Shown piece after piece: positions 50,570 to 60,257 of a stretch of 64,000 nt of DNA. Position 1 is the stretch's first letter; every line of letters begins with the position of its first letter. The position numbers and the translations under genes are program-made. Source of the stretch: an uncultured Gemmatimonadales bacterium (GTDB taxonomy: Bacteria; Gemmatimonadota; Gemmatimonadetes; Gemmatimonadales; GWC2-71-9); the NCBI GenBank assembly GCA_963825815.1, contig CAWGVB010000030.1, positions 10,287 through 74,286 of the forward strand. Reading direction: 5' to 3'. The notes under the pieces are model-generated. The model was not told where the DNA came from, searched no databases, and saw only the letters and a list, made by a program, of their open reading frames with translations.

Positions 50570-51721
50570 CCGCCACGATGTCGCAGCCGCTGGTCTCGGT
50601 TGTGCTTCCCTGCCTCAACGAGGAAGCGGCGATCGGGGCCTGCATTCGAGAAGATTCAGGCCACCTTCGCCAAGGCGCAGATCGACGGGGAGATCGTGGT
50701 GTGCGACAACGGGTCTACCGATCAATCGGTGCCCATTGCCGAGCGCCTGGGGGCGCGGGTCGTACATCAGCCGTCGCGCGGCTACGGCAATGCGTACCTC
50801 AAGGGCTTCGCCAGCGCCCGCGGCCAGTACCTGATCATGGGCGACGCCGACGATACCTACGACTTTACGCTCATCCCCAGCCTGCTCGATCTGCTCACCA
50901 CGCAGGGGTACGACTTCGTGACCGGCAGCCGCTATCTGAATGGCGGGCACCGCAACATCACTCCGTTGCACCGGATATTCGGCAACCCGGCTCTGACCTC
51001 ACTTCTCAACGGCCTCTTCGGCACCCGATACACCGACGTGTACTGCGGGTTCCGGGGATTCAGCCGGCGAGCCTATGACGTGATTCGTCCACTGAGCCCG
51101 GGCATGGAGTTCAATCTCGAGCTGGCGATCAACGCCGGGCTGGCCGGTTTGCGGGTCACCGAGCTTCCCATCGAGCTCGCTCCCCGGAAGGGTGAATCGA
51201 AGCTGCGGACCTTCCGGGACGGGTGGCGGAGCCTCAGGATGATGTTGCTGTACTCGCCCAATCTGCTCTTTCTGCTGCCCGGCTCGCTGCTTCTCGTGCT
51301 GGGCTTCGCCATCCATCTGGCGGTGCTGCTTGGGCTCGTGCGGTGGGACGGACGTCCCGCGGCCGGGGTCACCGGTGTGTTCGCGACGATTCTGAGCGTG
51401 GTGGGCTTTCAGATCCTGAGCCTGGGCCTCCATACCAAGACCTATTCCTGGACTCGCCGCTTCGACCGGCACAACCGCTCTCTCGAGCGGTTCTATCGTC
51501 GGTTCAACCTGGAAACCGGGCTGTTACTGGGTGGAGCCCTTCTCCTCCTGGGAGGCGGCGTGTTGGCCGGAGTGGTCATTGAATGGCTGCGGGCCGCCAT
51601 GCTGCCGTTGCCCCGCCCGGAATGGGCGTCGCTGGGGGCCACGCTCTTTATCATCGGAGCGAGCACGCTCTTCTCGTCCCTGTTCATCTCCGCCATGTCG
51701 ATGCAGCGGCAGGAGCAATAG
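50566..51721 (+). CDS. GT2 polyprenyl-phosphate sugar synthase with four C-terminal TM helices (GtrB/Ppm1/ArnC-like); one frame change near 50647
   Basis: GTGA overlap with the wzt stop. Sequence: MSQPLVSVVLPCLNEEAAIGACI / EKIQATFAKAQIDGEIVVCDNGSTDQS...GYGNAYLKGFASARGQYLIMGDADDTYD...FVTGSRY...YCGFRGFSRRAY, then LLFLLPGSLLLVLGFAIHLAVLL etc. Confidence 0.8.
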
Positions 51722-51725
51722 TCCG

Positions 51726-53439
51726 ATGGCGCGAGGACATCGGGCATACCTGGCGATTCTCATCGCGCTGTCGGTGGCGCTGTGGCTTCCCCGCCTGCGG
51801 GGGCCGCTCGACCTCCGCTATGACGCCGGCGTGTACTACGTCCTCGGCACGTCGTTGGCCGAAGGGCGGGGCTACCGACTCCTCAGCGAGCCTGGAGCGA
51901 TCCAGGAAGTCCAGTACCCGCCACTACTCCCCCTCGTCGTTGCAGTACACCAGCGGCTGGCCGGGACCAGTGATCCGGCGATCGCCGGCCATTGGCTTCG
52001 AATCACCTACGCCGTCGTGTTCCTTGCCTACATCGCGGCCGTGTACCTTCTGGCCAGTCGTTTTCTGCCGGCCGGCTTTGCCTTCGTCGCCGGGCTGATT
52101 ACGCTGCTCCAGGTCCATACCACCTGGATGTCGGATCTGTTGTTCACCGAGATCCCCTTCGCTCTGACCACCGTGCTCTTCCTGCTCGCCGCCTCCAGCC
52201 GCGGCCGGGTCCGCACCGGTCTCCCAGGAGTACTCGCTGCCGCCGGTTATCTCCTCCGCAGCATCGGCATTGCCGCGCTGGTTGCCTGGGTTGCGGAAAG
52301 CTTCCTGCGGCGAAACCCCCGGCAGCTGATCGCGCGCGGAGTGGTGTCCCTGATTCCGTTACTCGGCTGGCAGCTCTACATCGGGCAGGTGCAGGCCAGT
52401 CCAGAGTACGCTCACCCGGCGTATGCGTATCAGCGGGCCCCCTACCAGTACTACAACGTCAGCTACCTGGAAAACCTCCGCTACGTCGATCCCTTCGCGC
52501 CTGAGCTCGGCACGGTATCGGCGGGCGCCATGGCTGTGAGAATGGGCGCCGCCCTGGTCAAGATGCCCGCCAGCCTGGGAGAAGCGGTGAGCTCCCGAGC
52601 GGAATGGTCAGACGTCTGAGATCAAGCGACTCAATGCCGAAGAGCTCCCCATCTCGATCCCGGTCTGGATCGTACAGGTCCCTCTGGTCTTACTGGGCAT
52701 ACTCTCGTTGAGCGGCCTGGTGCTGCTCGCCCAGCGCGGCGAGTGGCTGATCCCGCTGTACGTCCTCGGCTCAATCGTCTTGATGGGTCTGACGCCGTGG
52801 CCAGGTCAGTTCGAGAGGTACCTGGCCCCCCTCACGCCCATTCTCGCCCTGACGCTCCTCCTGAGTCTGCTGACCCTGCGGACACGGCTCTCTACGACCA
52901 GGTGGCCCTGGGCGGGTCGGCTGGGGAGACTGATGCTGGTAGCGGTGCTGGTGGGAGTCCTAGGCCAGGAAACGTTCGTGATTCACAAGGTGTACACCAA
53001 ACAACACCGCGAAGTCGATTACCAGGATCGCCAGGGCCGGCGCCATGAGCAGCGATACTTCTTTTATACCCAAGCCTGGCGAACCCACGACGCCGCACTG
53101 GACTGGCTGCGTCGGATCGCGCGACCCGAAGACGTCATCGCCACCTCCACTCCACACTGGGCGTACCTCAAGACCGGTTCCCGGGCGATCCTTCCGCCCT
53201 TCGAAGCGGATGTACGGGCCGCCCGGGATCTCCTCGACGCGGTGCCGGTCCGATACTTGGTCGTGGACGGCCTGGAGTTCCTCGACGTAACCCGACGCTA
53301 CGCCGCTCCCGTGGCACGGGAATATGCCCGGGAGTGGCAACTGATCTATTCGTCGCCGGACAGCACGTCCCGAATTTACCGGCGGGTGGACGCGGCGGCG
53401 GTCGCCACGAAGGTCGTACCCTCTTTGGGACCGAAGTAA
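51726..53439 (+). CDS. Putative GT-C-fold membrane glycosyltransferase (multi-TM N-terminal part + soluble C-terminal domain); one frame change near 52610
   Basis: ORFs 51531..52619 and 52708..53439. Sequence: MARGHRAYLAILIALSVALWLPRLRGPLDLRYDAGVYYVLGTSLAEGRGYRLL...YPPLLPLVVAV. An acidic first-loop motif is followed by >=9 hydrophobic helices. The family is not firmly recognised. Confidence 0.5.
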
Positions 53440-54988
53440 AGGATCTCGGTCGAGCTGGACCTTTCGTTGTCCCGAAAGTCTGCGCGTGACGGCGTAACCA
53501 ATCGTCCTCTGGCGCGGGCTCGCCGACCTCATGCACTCGAACCAGTACGACGCGGGTGTGGCCGGGAAGCAGAGCATCGAGGTCCTGGGGTATCTGGCGT
53601 CGATCGAGCTGACCGACCCAAGCGGCAAGTGGCACGCTGGCCGTCATGTAGCGAGCGACCCCGATCACTCCCGAAGGGATGGAGTGCACGATCACCAGGT
53701 CTCCTGGGAGGGCTTCGGCGGACAGGATGTGGCCGATTTGTACGTAGGGCTCCCACGCCCGGGGATGGTGAAACACCGCCCGGATGCCGGGCAGCCAGGC
53801 AACGATGATGAGACCGAGGAATCCCAATTGTTGGCGGGGACGAAGGCGGCTCAGCGCAAAGCCAAGGAGCAGGATCGCGGCGGGCAGACCCGCCAGAGCA
53901 TAGCGACCGATCAGGGAGGCAAAGGTGCCTCGCAGCAGGTCGAACGCGAGGGGCCCAAAGCAGGCGGCGAGCAGCCACAGCCAGAGCAACTGAACCGGAG
54001 TTGAGAAGAGGGGTCGAAGACCGCGCCGCCACACCGCCCAGGCCAGTACCAGCAGCAGCGCGGCGAGAAAACGGTCTGACCAGCGGGAGCCGCCCCAGAC
54101 CCCTCGGCCCGCCAGCAGGTTCCAGCCCAGGAGTACGGGGGCGCTCAGTGCCTGGGCGAAGGAGAGCGGTCCGTTCAGCCAGGACCCTGTCACCCGCCAG
54201 CGGCTGAGACTCTCGGGAAGCTGCGCGTACCAGGGCAGCACCGCGGCAATGGTGACGAGAACGGCCGCGGCCAGGTGAGAGCGGAAGAAGCGCCCGGGAT
54301 GAAGCACCAGCCAGAGCACACCGGCGCACCAGACGAACGCAAAGAAGTAGTGGGTAAGAAACCCGGCCGCGCCGCCAAGGATCCACAAGGCGAGAGTTGC
54401 GCGACGGGTGCCGAGCTCATGCAGTCTCAAGGTGAGCCAGATGAATGCAACGGCCAGGAACCAGAGCATGGCGTACATTCGCCCTTCGACCGAGTAGTAC
54501 AGGCTGAGTGGCGCCACGGCATACAAGAGCGCCGACGAGAACGCGGCCGGTCGACCGCCGATTCGTTCGGCGAGCAGCCAGATCAGGGGAAAGGCTGCCA
54601 GAGCCCAGAGCACCGAAAAGAGACGCAGGGCCAGGTCGGAGGTACCGGCCACCCGGGTCCACAGGTTCAGCAGCAAGTAGTAGAGTGGCGGGCTCGTGTC
54701 GGAGAGCTGGACGGCCCGGATGACGCGGCGGGCGCCGGCCGGCGGGCTCTCATGCTCCAGGTACCGAGCGTACGCGGCTGGCGGCTGAGCCTCGCGCTGC
54801 TCGACGAAGTCGCCGCGGGCGGGGTCAGCGTCAGCCGCCGGATGCTCCAGACTGTGACCTGTGGCCATGGCGAGGGAGAACAGCTCGTCGGCCCAGAGGC
54901 CCCGCTCGCCGGCGAGGACCAAACGCAGCACGACGGCCACGCCGAACAGGAGAAGAGCCGAAAGCATGCGCCTCGACCGAGGACTCAA
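53376..54988 (-). CDS. GT-C membrane glycosyltransferase, GT39/PMT_2 (ArnT-like) type; one frame change near 53470
   Basis: ORF 53168..54988: LLFGVAVVLRLVLAGERGLWADELFSLAMA...SPPLYYLLLNLWTRVAG...LFSVLWALAAFPLIWLL. Many TM helices. The true C-terminus probably reads ...DNERSSSTEILYFGPKEGTTF in another frame (stop ~53376). The P/R-rich tail of the listed ORF looks like out-of-frame read-through. The start is TTG 54988 or ATG 54967. Confidence 0.7.
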
Positions 54989-55081
54989 GCGATCGGCTCC
55001 GAATCAACTGGGAGATTCATTGACCGGGAAAATAGGGAGAGAGCCAGAGGTCAACCAGACGCTGGAGCCAGCGCTCTAGCC

Positions 55082-56461
55082 ATGGGGACTCCTCGAGTGG
55101 TGGTCCTGGGAGGCGGGCTTTCGGGTATGGCGGCAGCCTATACCCTGGCGCGCGCCGGGGTCGGCGACGTCACCCTGCTCGAAGCCGGCGCCACCCTCGG
55201 TGGTCTGGCCGGGAGCTTCGAGCGGGAGGATCACTTTTACCCCCTGGGGTATCATCACATCCTTCACCGCGACCGGGCGCTGCTCTATTTCCTGGAATTG
55301 ATCGGTGCCCTTCCCGACGTCGTGTGGCGCCGGATTCAGATGCTGTTCCATCTCGGTGGGCAGGCGTATGATCTCGCCAGCCCGAGCGGCTTTCTTCGCT
55401 TTCCCATGAGCCTGGCCGACAAAGCGCGGTTCATCCGCCTCATGGTGAAGACCTTCAGCCAACCCGACTGGACCGGCTGGCAGGATCGAAGTGCCGCCGA
55501 ACTGGTGGATCACTACGGCAGTGCCGGCGTGCGCGAAGCACTCTTCGAGCGTCTCACTCGCCTGAAGTTCGACTTGCCCTGCCGGGACGTCAGCGGGGCG
55601 TGGCTCGGTGCCCGGCTCCATTTCCGCGAAGGCTCCGCTCCCCTGGGCTACATCCCTCACGCCAACTGGACCAAGGTGCTGTGCGATGGAGTGACCCAGC
55701 TGCTCCAAGAGGCTGGCATCCAGATCCGACTCCGGGCGCCAGTTGCCCGCCTCCACACCAGCCAGGCTCGGGTGGTAGAAGCGGAACTGGAGAGCGGGGA
55801 GCGTATTTCCGGTGATGTCTTCATCAGTACCGTTCCTACCCGCATCTACCTGGGGCTGGTGCCGGAGGATACCACTCCGCAGCTGAGCCGCATTCGCTAC
55901 ACCGCTCTGATCTCCGCCATCTGTGCAACTCGTCAGGCAGTGACGCCGCAGGCATACTGGAACAACCTGGCATCATTGGACCGAACGGCGGGAGCGATCT
56001 TCCTGCTCAGTGCGCTCAATCCCACCATAGGCCGGGAGGGTGATACCTGCGTCAATTTCGTGACCCACCTCCCCGGATGTGACCACCCGCTCTTCAGGCT
56101 CCCCAAGGACCAGCTGATGGCCCGATATGCCGATGATTTTCGCGAGGTGTTCGGATTCGAGCTGCAGCCGTTCTGGACCCACATATCCAGAGTGCCGATG
56201 TATTCGCCCGTGTTCGATCGTGGGTTCCGCAATCCGCCGATGATGAGCACATCATGGGGCAACGTGTACTTCGCCGGCAACTACCGCACGTTTCCTTCCA
56301 TCGTATCGACCGGCACCGCCCTGGGCTCCGGCGTAGCCACCGCGAGCGCACTGCTCGGGGAGCTGGGCCGGGCGTCGGCCTTGTCCGAGTCGATCGCGAA
56401 CTTTCGCCTGCGCTCCATGCCCCGTGCGAACCCGTTAAAGGACGCGAGAGCCCTGCTATGA
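55082..56461 (+). CDS. FAD-dependent oxidoreductase (amine-oxidase / phytoene-desaturase-like fold)
   Basis: MGTPRVVVLGGGLSGMAAAYTLARAGVGDVTLLEAGATLGGLAGSF (GxGxxG dinucleotide fold)...VYFAGNYRTFPSIVSTGTALGSGVATA. Intact within ORF 54275..56461. Confidence 0.7.
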   Translation: MGTPRVVVLGGGLSGMAAAYTLARAGVGDVTLLEAGATLGGLAGSFEREDHFYPLGYHHILHRDRALLYFLELIGALPDVVWRRIQMLFHLGGQAYDLASPSGFLRFPMSLADKARFIRLMVKTFSQPDWTGWQDRSAAELVDHYGSAGVREALFERLTRLKFDLPCRDVSGAWLGARLHFREGSAPLGYIPHANWTKVLCDGVTQLLQEAGIQIRLRAPVARLHTSQARVVEAELESGERISGDVFISTVPTRIYLGLVPEDTTPQLSRIRYTALISAICATRQAVTPQAYWNNLASLDRTAGAIFLLSALNPTIGREGDTCVNFVTHLPGCDHPLFRLPKDQLMARYADDFREVFGFELQPFWTHISRVPMYSPVFDRGFRNPPMMSTSWGNVYFAGNYRTFPSIVSTGTALGSGVATASALLGELGRASALSESIANFRLRSMPRANPLKDARALL

Positions 56462-57375
56462 CCACACTCGATCTCAGAGCGCCCGCACGATCCCAGTGGT
56501 TCGCACTTGCCGATGCTCTCAGGATCCACCAATGGGTCAAGAATCTTCTGGTATTGGTGCCTGTGTTGTTGGACCACAAGGTGTCGGACCCTGCTGTGGT
56601 GCTCAAAGCCCTGATCGCCTTTGCCGCATTCTGCTTCGCGGCGTCGGGCGCGTACATCATGAACGATCTGTTCGACCATAGGGCCGACCGCCATCATCCG
56701 ACCAAACGGCACCGTCCATTCGCGGCGGAGACCCTCAGCCGTCCCTTCGGGGTGCTGATGGTGCCACTGCTGTTCGCTGGAGCCCTGCTGTGTTCTCTGG
56801 CGCTGGCACCCAAATTCGTCATGCTGCTCACGCTGTATGTGGTACTGACCACAGCCTACTCCGTCTTTCTCAAGCGGGTCGCGATCCTGGACGTTCTCCT
56901 CCTGGCCGGACTCTACAGCTTACGGGTGCTGGCCGGCGTGGCCGCCACCCATGTACGGTTCTCGACCTGGCTCCTGGCCTTTTCGATGTTTCTCTTCCTG
57001 AGTCTCGCATTCCTGAAACGGTATGCCGAGCTGAGCCAGCTTCAGGAAGGAGCGGAGGAGTCTGTGGCTCGTCGCGGGTATCTCCGTGGTGACCGCGAGT
57101 GGCTCGCCTCGATGGGTGGCTCCAGTGGCTACATATCGGTTCTGGTCCTGGCGCTCTATATCAATAGCGATCAGGTCGTGGCGCTGTACCATCGTCCATT
57201 GCTGCTCTGGTTGATCTGTCCACTGCTCCTTCTCTGGATCAGCCGGATGTGGCTCCTGGCTCACCGGGGCCGAATCCATCAGGATCCCATCGTCGCGGCG
57301 GTTCGCGATCCCGCCAGTTATGGCATCGGAACGTTGGTTGCCCTGATCATGTACGTTGCAGCCTATCCCCTCTAA
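56458..57375 (+). CDS. UbiA-family polyprenyl-phosphate 5-phosphoribosyltransferase-like enzyme (Rv3806c/DPPR synthase homologue)
   Basis: ATGA overlap with the previous gene. The sequence IHQWVKNLLVLVPVLL...ASGAYIMNDLFDHRADRHHPTKRHRPFAA closely parallels my recollection of Rv3806c (RQWVKNVLVL...YLVNDVRDVEADREHPTKRFRPIAA). About 8 TM helices. Intact. Confidence 0.8.
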   Translation: MTTLDLRAPARSQWFALADALRIHQWVKNLLVLVPVLLDHKVSDPAVVLKALIAFAAFCFAASGAYIMNDLFDHRADRHHPTKRHRPFAAETLSRPFGVLMVPLLFAGALLCSLALAPKFVMLLTLYVVLTTAYSVFLKRVAILDVLLLAGLYSLRVLAGVAATHVRFSTWLLAFSMFLFLSLAFLKRYAELSQLQEGAEESVARRGYLRGDREWLASMGGSSGYISVLVLALYINSDQVVALYHRPLLLWLICPLLLLWISRMWLLAHRGRIHQDPIVAAVRDPASYGIGTLVALIMYVAAYPL

Positions 57376-57385
57376 CTCACCGACC

Positions 57386-58692
57386 GTGCCCGTACACCAG
57401 TCCTGGGGACGGTACCCCCGCGCCGAACACACCAGTGTCGTCCCGGTGCTCTGGCGTTCCGACCCGCTCGCGCTGTCTGAGGTGTCCGGGAAGCTGCTGC
57501 CATTCGCCTACGGACGCAGCTACGGCGACAGCTGCCTGAATGCCGGAGGCGCCCTGCTGGATGTCTCCGGATTACGCAGGTTCATCAGCTTCGATGACGC
57601 TCGCGGAGTTCTGCGCTGCGAGGCGGGGGCCACCTTGGCAGAAGTTCTGGCACTGATCGTCCCCCGGGGCTGGTTCGTTCCCGTGGTCCCCGGTACCAAG
57701 AGGGTATCGGTCGGCGGGGCAATCGCCAATGACGTTCACGGGAAAAATCACCACCGGGCCGGAACCTTCGGGGCGCATGTGACGTGCTTCGAGCTGCTGC
57801 GATCCACGGGCGAGCGACTTCTTTGCTCGCCGGAGCGCAACGTGGAGTTGTTCCGGGCCACGATCGGCGGGCTGGGCCTGACCGGCCTCATTCTCTGGGC
57901 CGAGTTCCGGCTCAAGAGAATACCCGGACCCCGGATCACCATGGATCGGATTCGGTTTTCCTGCCTGAGCGAGTTCCTACCAGCTCTCCCGCGACGACCA
58001 GGAATACGAATACACCGTTGCGTGGATCGACTGCCTGGCGCGGGGAAGAGCTCTGGGGCGGGGATTGTTCCTGCGGGGTGACCATGTCGCCGGAGCCGGC
58101 CGGGCGCAGCGCGACGACCGTCCGGCGATCACCGTTCCAGTCGATCTCCCTTCAGGCCTGATCGGCCGGGCCGCGACGAGGTTCTTCAATACGTTGTATT
58201 ATCACGCCCAGCTCCGAAGCACGCAGCGTAGAACGCTGTTCTACGAGCCGTTTTTCTTTCCGCTGGACGGTATCGGAGCCTGGAACCGGCTCTATGGAGA
58301 GAAGGGATTTCTGCAGTACCAATGTGTGACGGCGGGAAGACTCGGAGAGCGCGGTCGTGGACTTGCTGGAGCAGGTGGCGCGCTCGGGTGAAACTCCGTC
58401 GCTCGCCGTCCTCAAGAAGTTCGGCCGAATTCCCTCCCCCGGAATGCTCTCATTCCCCCGGCCAGGCATAACCCTCGCCATCGATTTTGCGATGCGGGGC
58501 TCCACCACCCTGAAGCTCCTCGAGCGACTCGATCATATTGTGGCCCAAGCCGGCGGAGCGGTCTACCCCGCCAAGGATGCGCGAATGAGTGGCCCAAGCT
58601 TTCAGCGCTTCTTTCCCAACTGGGAGTCATTCGCGTCGCAGATCGACCCCAAATTCTCCTCCTCGTTCTGGCGCCGTGTCTCTGCGGCATGA
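57386..58692 (+). pseudogene. dprE1: DprE1-like FAD-dependent decaprenylphosphoryl-beta-D-ribose 2'-oxidase homologue; about 3 frame changes
   Basis: ORFs 57356..58081, 58065..58391 and 58357..58692. Sequence: SWGRYPRAEH...LPFAYGRSYGDSCLNAGGALLDVSGL...[37 protein letters not shown]...ELFRATIGGLGLTGLILWAEF...YEYTVAWIDC...FFFPLDGIGAWNRLYGEKGFLQYQCV...SLAVLKKFG...GGAVYPAKDARM. It parallels Rv3790 motifs ([38 protein letters not shown]). Confidence 0.8.
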
Positions 58693-59435
58693 CGCGCCCG
58701 CCAGGGTGCTCATCGTGGGCGCGACCTCGGCCATCGCGGGTGAAACGGCAAAGGAATTCGCCAAGAACGGGGCCCACCTTTTCCTGACCGGTCGGAATGC
58801 CGGCCGCCTGGCCGCGGTTGCAGACGACCTTCGAGTCCGGGGAGCGGCTCGGGTCGAGACAGCTATCCTGGATGTTGCCGATCTTGCCACCCAGGGCCCC
58901 ACGATCGAAGCGGCGTTCGCCACCCTTGGGGAGATTGACGTGGCACTGGTTGCGCATGGGACTCTTCCGAATCAGGAGCGTTGCCAGGAGCAGGTAGAGG
59001 AGACAGTGAAAGCGCTGCACGTCAATTTCACGGGGACCATCGCTCTGCTTACGCTGCTCGCAAATCGGCTGGAATCCCAGCGGCACGGCTGCCTTGCCGT
59101 CATCGGTTCCGTGGCCGGCAGCCGGGGCAGGCGGACGAACTATGTCTATGGTGCAGCCAAGGGAGGGGTCGAGATCTTCCTTCAGGGTCTCCGCGGCCGT
59201 TTGTTCCCGTGCAACGTGACTGTCCTGACGGTCAAACCGGGGTTCGTTGATACCCCGATGACCGCGGGAGCTAAGAAAGAATTTGCTCTTTGCCGATGCC
59301 GGACGCATTGGGCGCGGTATCCACCGTGCAATCGTGCGGCGCAAAGATGTCGTCTACCTACCCTGGTTCTGGCGTCCGATCATGGGCGTGCTTACCAGCC
59401 TACCGGAAATGGTGCTTAAACGGCTTCCCCTGTAG
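58689..59435 (+). pseudogene. dprE2: DprE2-like short-chain dehydrogenase/reductase (decaprenylphospho-2'-keto-ribose reductase homologue); 2 frame changes
   Basis: ATGA overlap with the dprE1-like stop. Sequence: RVLIVGATSAIAGETAKEFAKNGAHLFLTGRN...DVALVAHG...AVIGSVAGSRGRRTNYVYGAAKGGV...TVKPGFVDTPMT, with tail ...VVYLPWFWRPIMGVLTSLPEMVLKRLPL in a shifted frame. Compare the Rv3791 end ...VLRHIPRSIFRKLPI. Confidence 0.75.
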
Positions 59436-59479
59436 GATTTCGCATGCGAGCTATCTGTCCTCGTAACCTGTCGCCCCGC

Positions 59480-60255
59480 TCACCAGCGCACAGAGAGACA
59501 GCTCAGGCCCCCATCCATTTTCCGGTACTCCGACATATCGATCGGCAGGATGTCGTAGCCCAGATCGCCCAGCCGAGTCGCGGTCTTGGGAAACCCCTTG
59601 GCGACCAGCACTGTATCGTTCACCCGGATGCAGTTGGCCGCGTACTCCTCGCCTTGCGGCACCTCCACCACCTCCCACCCCCGAAACGCCTCGTGTCCAG
59701 CGATTCCGCGCCACGCCAGCAGCCGGCGACCGCCCAGCCAGGAGATCCCGGTCTTGTGGTGCAGCATCCCTGAAATCTCCCGGATATCGATCAGACTCGA
59801 CCCGAAGCCGCGCTGCTCGAGCCACCCCGCCAGTTGAGCGGCCCCCTCTTCGTTGGTGCGGTGCGATACGCCGATGAAGAAGTGGTCGCCCGCCTCGCAG
59901 ACATCGCCGCCGTCGAGTGTGCCCGGCGGAGTAATCCGGTCCAGCTCGAGGAAACCACCGGCCCAGCGCCTCGCCCAGCGCCGTGCACCTCTCCCGCTCG
60001 AGTCGGAGCACCGGGACGGGTGAGGATCGCACCCTCGGCGGTGACGATGGCGGCATCCTCGACAAAGGTGGAGTCGGGGAACTCGGGATCGGCCGGAAGC
60101 CGGGTCAGCGCGAGACCGAGGGCTTCCAGGGCCCGGCAGTAGCTCTCGTGCTGCTGCAACGCGAGCGAGAGATCGGGACGGCCGAGGTCGGAGGAGGTGA
60201 TCCCGTCGGCAAAGGTTGATGCCGGGGGACGGACTATGGCATGGGTGAAATGCAT
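59480..60255 (-). pseudogene. ddaH: N(G),N(G)-dimethylarginine dimethylaminohydrolase (DDAH, amidinotransferase fold); about 3 frame changes
   Basis: ORFs 59791..60255, 59451..60065 and 59480..59767. Sequence: MHFTHAIVRPPASTFADGITSSDLGRPDLSLALQQHESYCRALEALGL...FPDSTFVEDAAIV...ILTRPGAP...GGDVCEAGDHFFIGVSHRTNEEGAAQL...LHHKTGISWLG...EEYAANCIRVNDTVLVAKGFPKTATRLGDLGYDILPIDMSEYRKMDGGLSCLSVRW. This matches my memory of P. aeruginosa DDAH closely. Confidence 0.85.
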
Positions 60256-60257
60256 GG

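Noticed and set aside
53168-53470. The Pro/Arg-rich C-terminal ~100 aa of ORF 53168..54988 treated as a real domain
   Set aside because: The composition (GPARPRSFTSVPKRVRPSWRPPPRPPAGK...) is typical of out-of-frame translation of GC-rich DNA. A shifted frame gives a plausible ending (EILYFGPKEG...) with a stop near 53376.
55082-57375. FAD oxidoreductase + UbiA prenyltransferase considered as carotenoid genes (CrtD/CrtI-like desaturase plus lycopene elongase)
   Set aside because: The UbiA protein carries the Rv3806c-like NDxxDxxxDRxHPxKRxRP signature. It is translationally coupled to DprE1/DprE2 homologues. No phytoene synthase or cyclase is nearby. The role of the oxidoreductase remains open.
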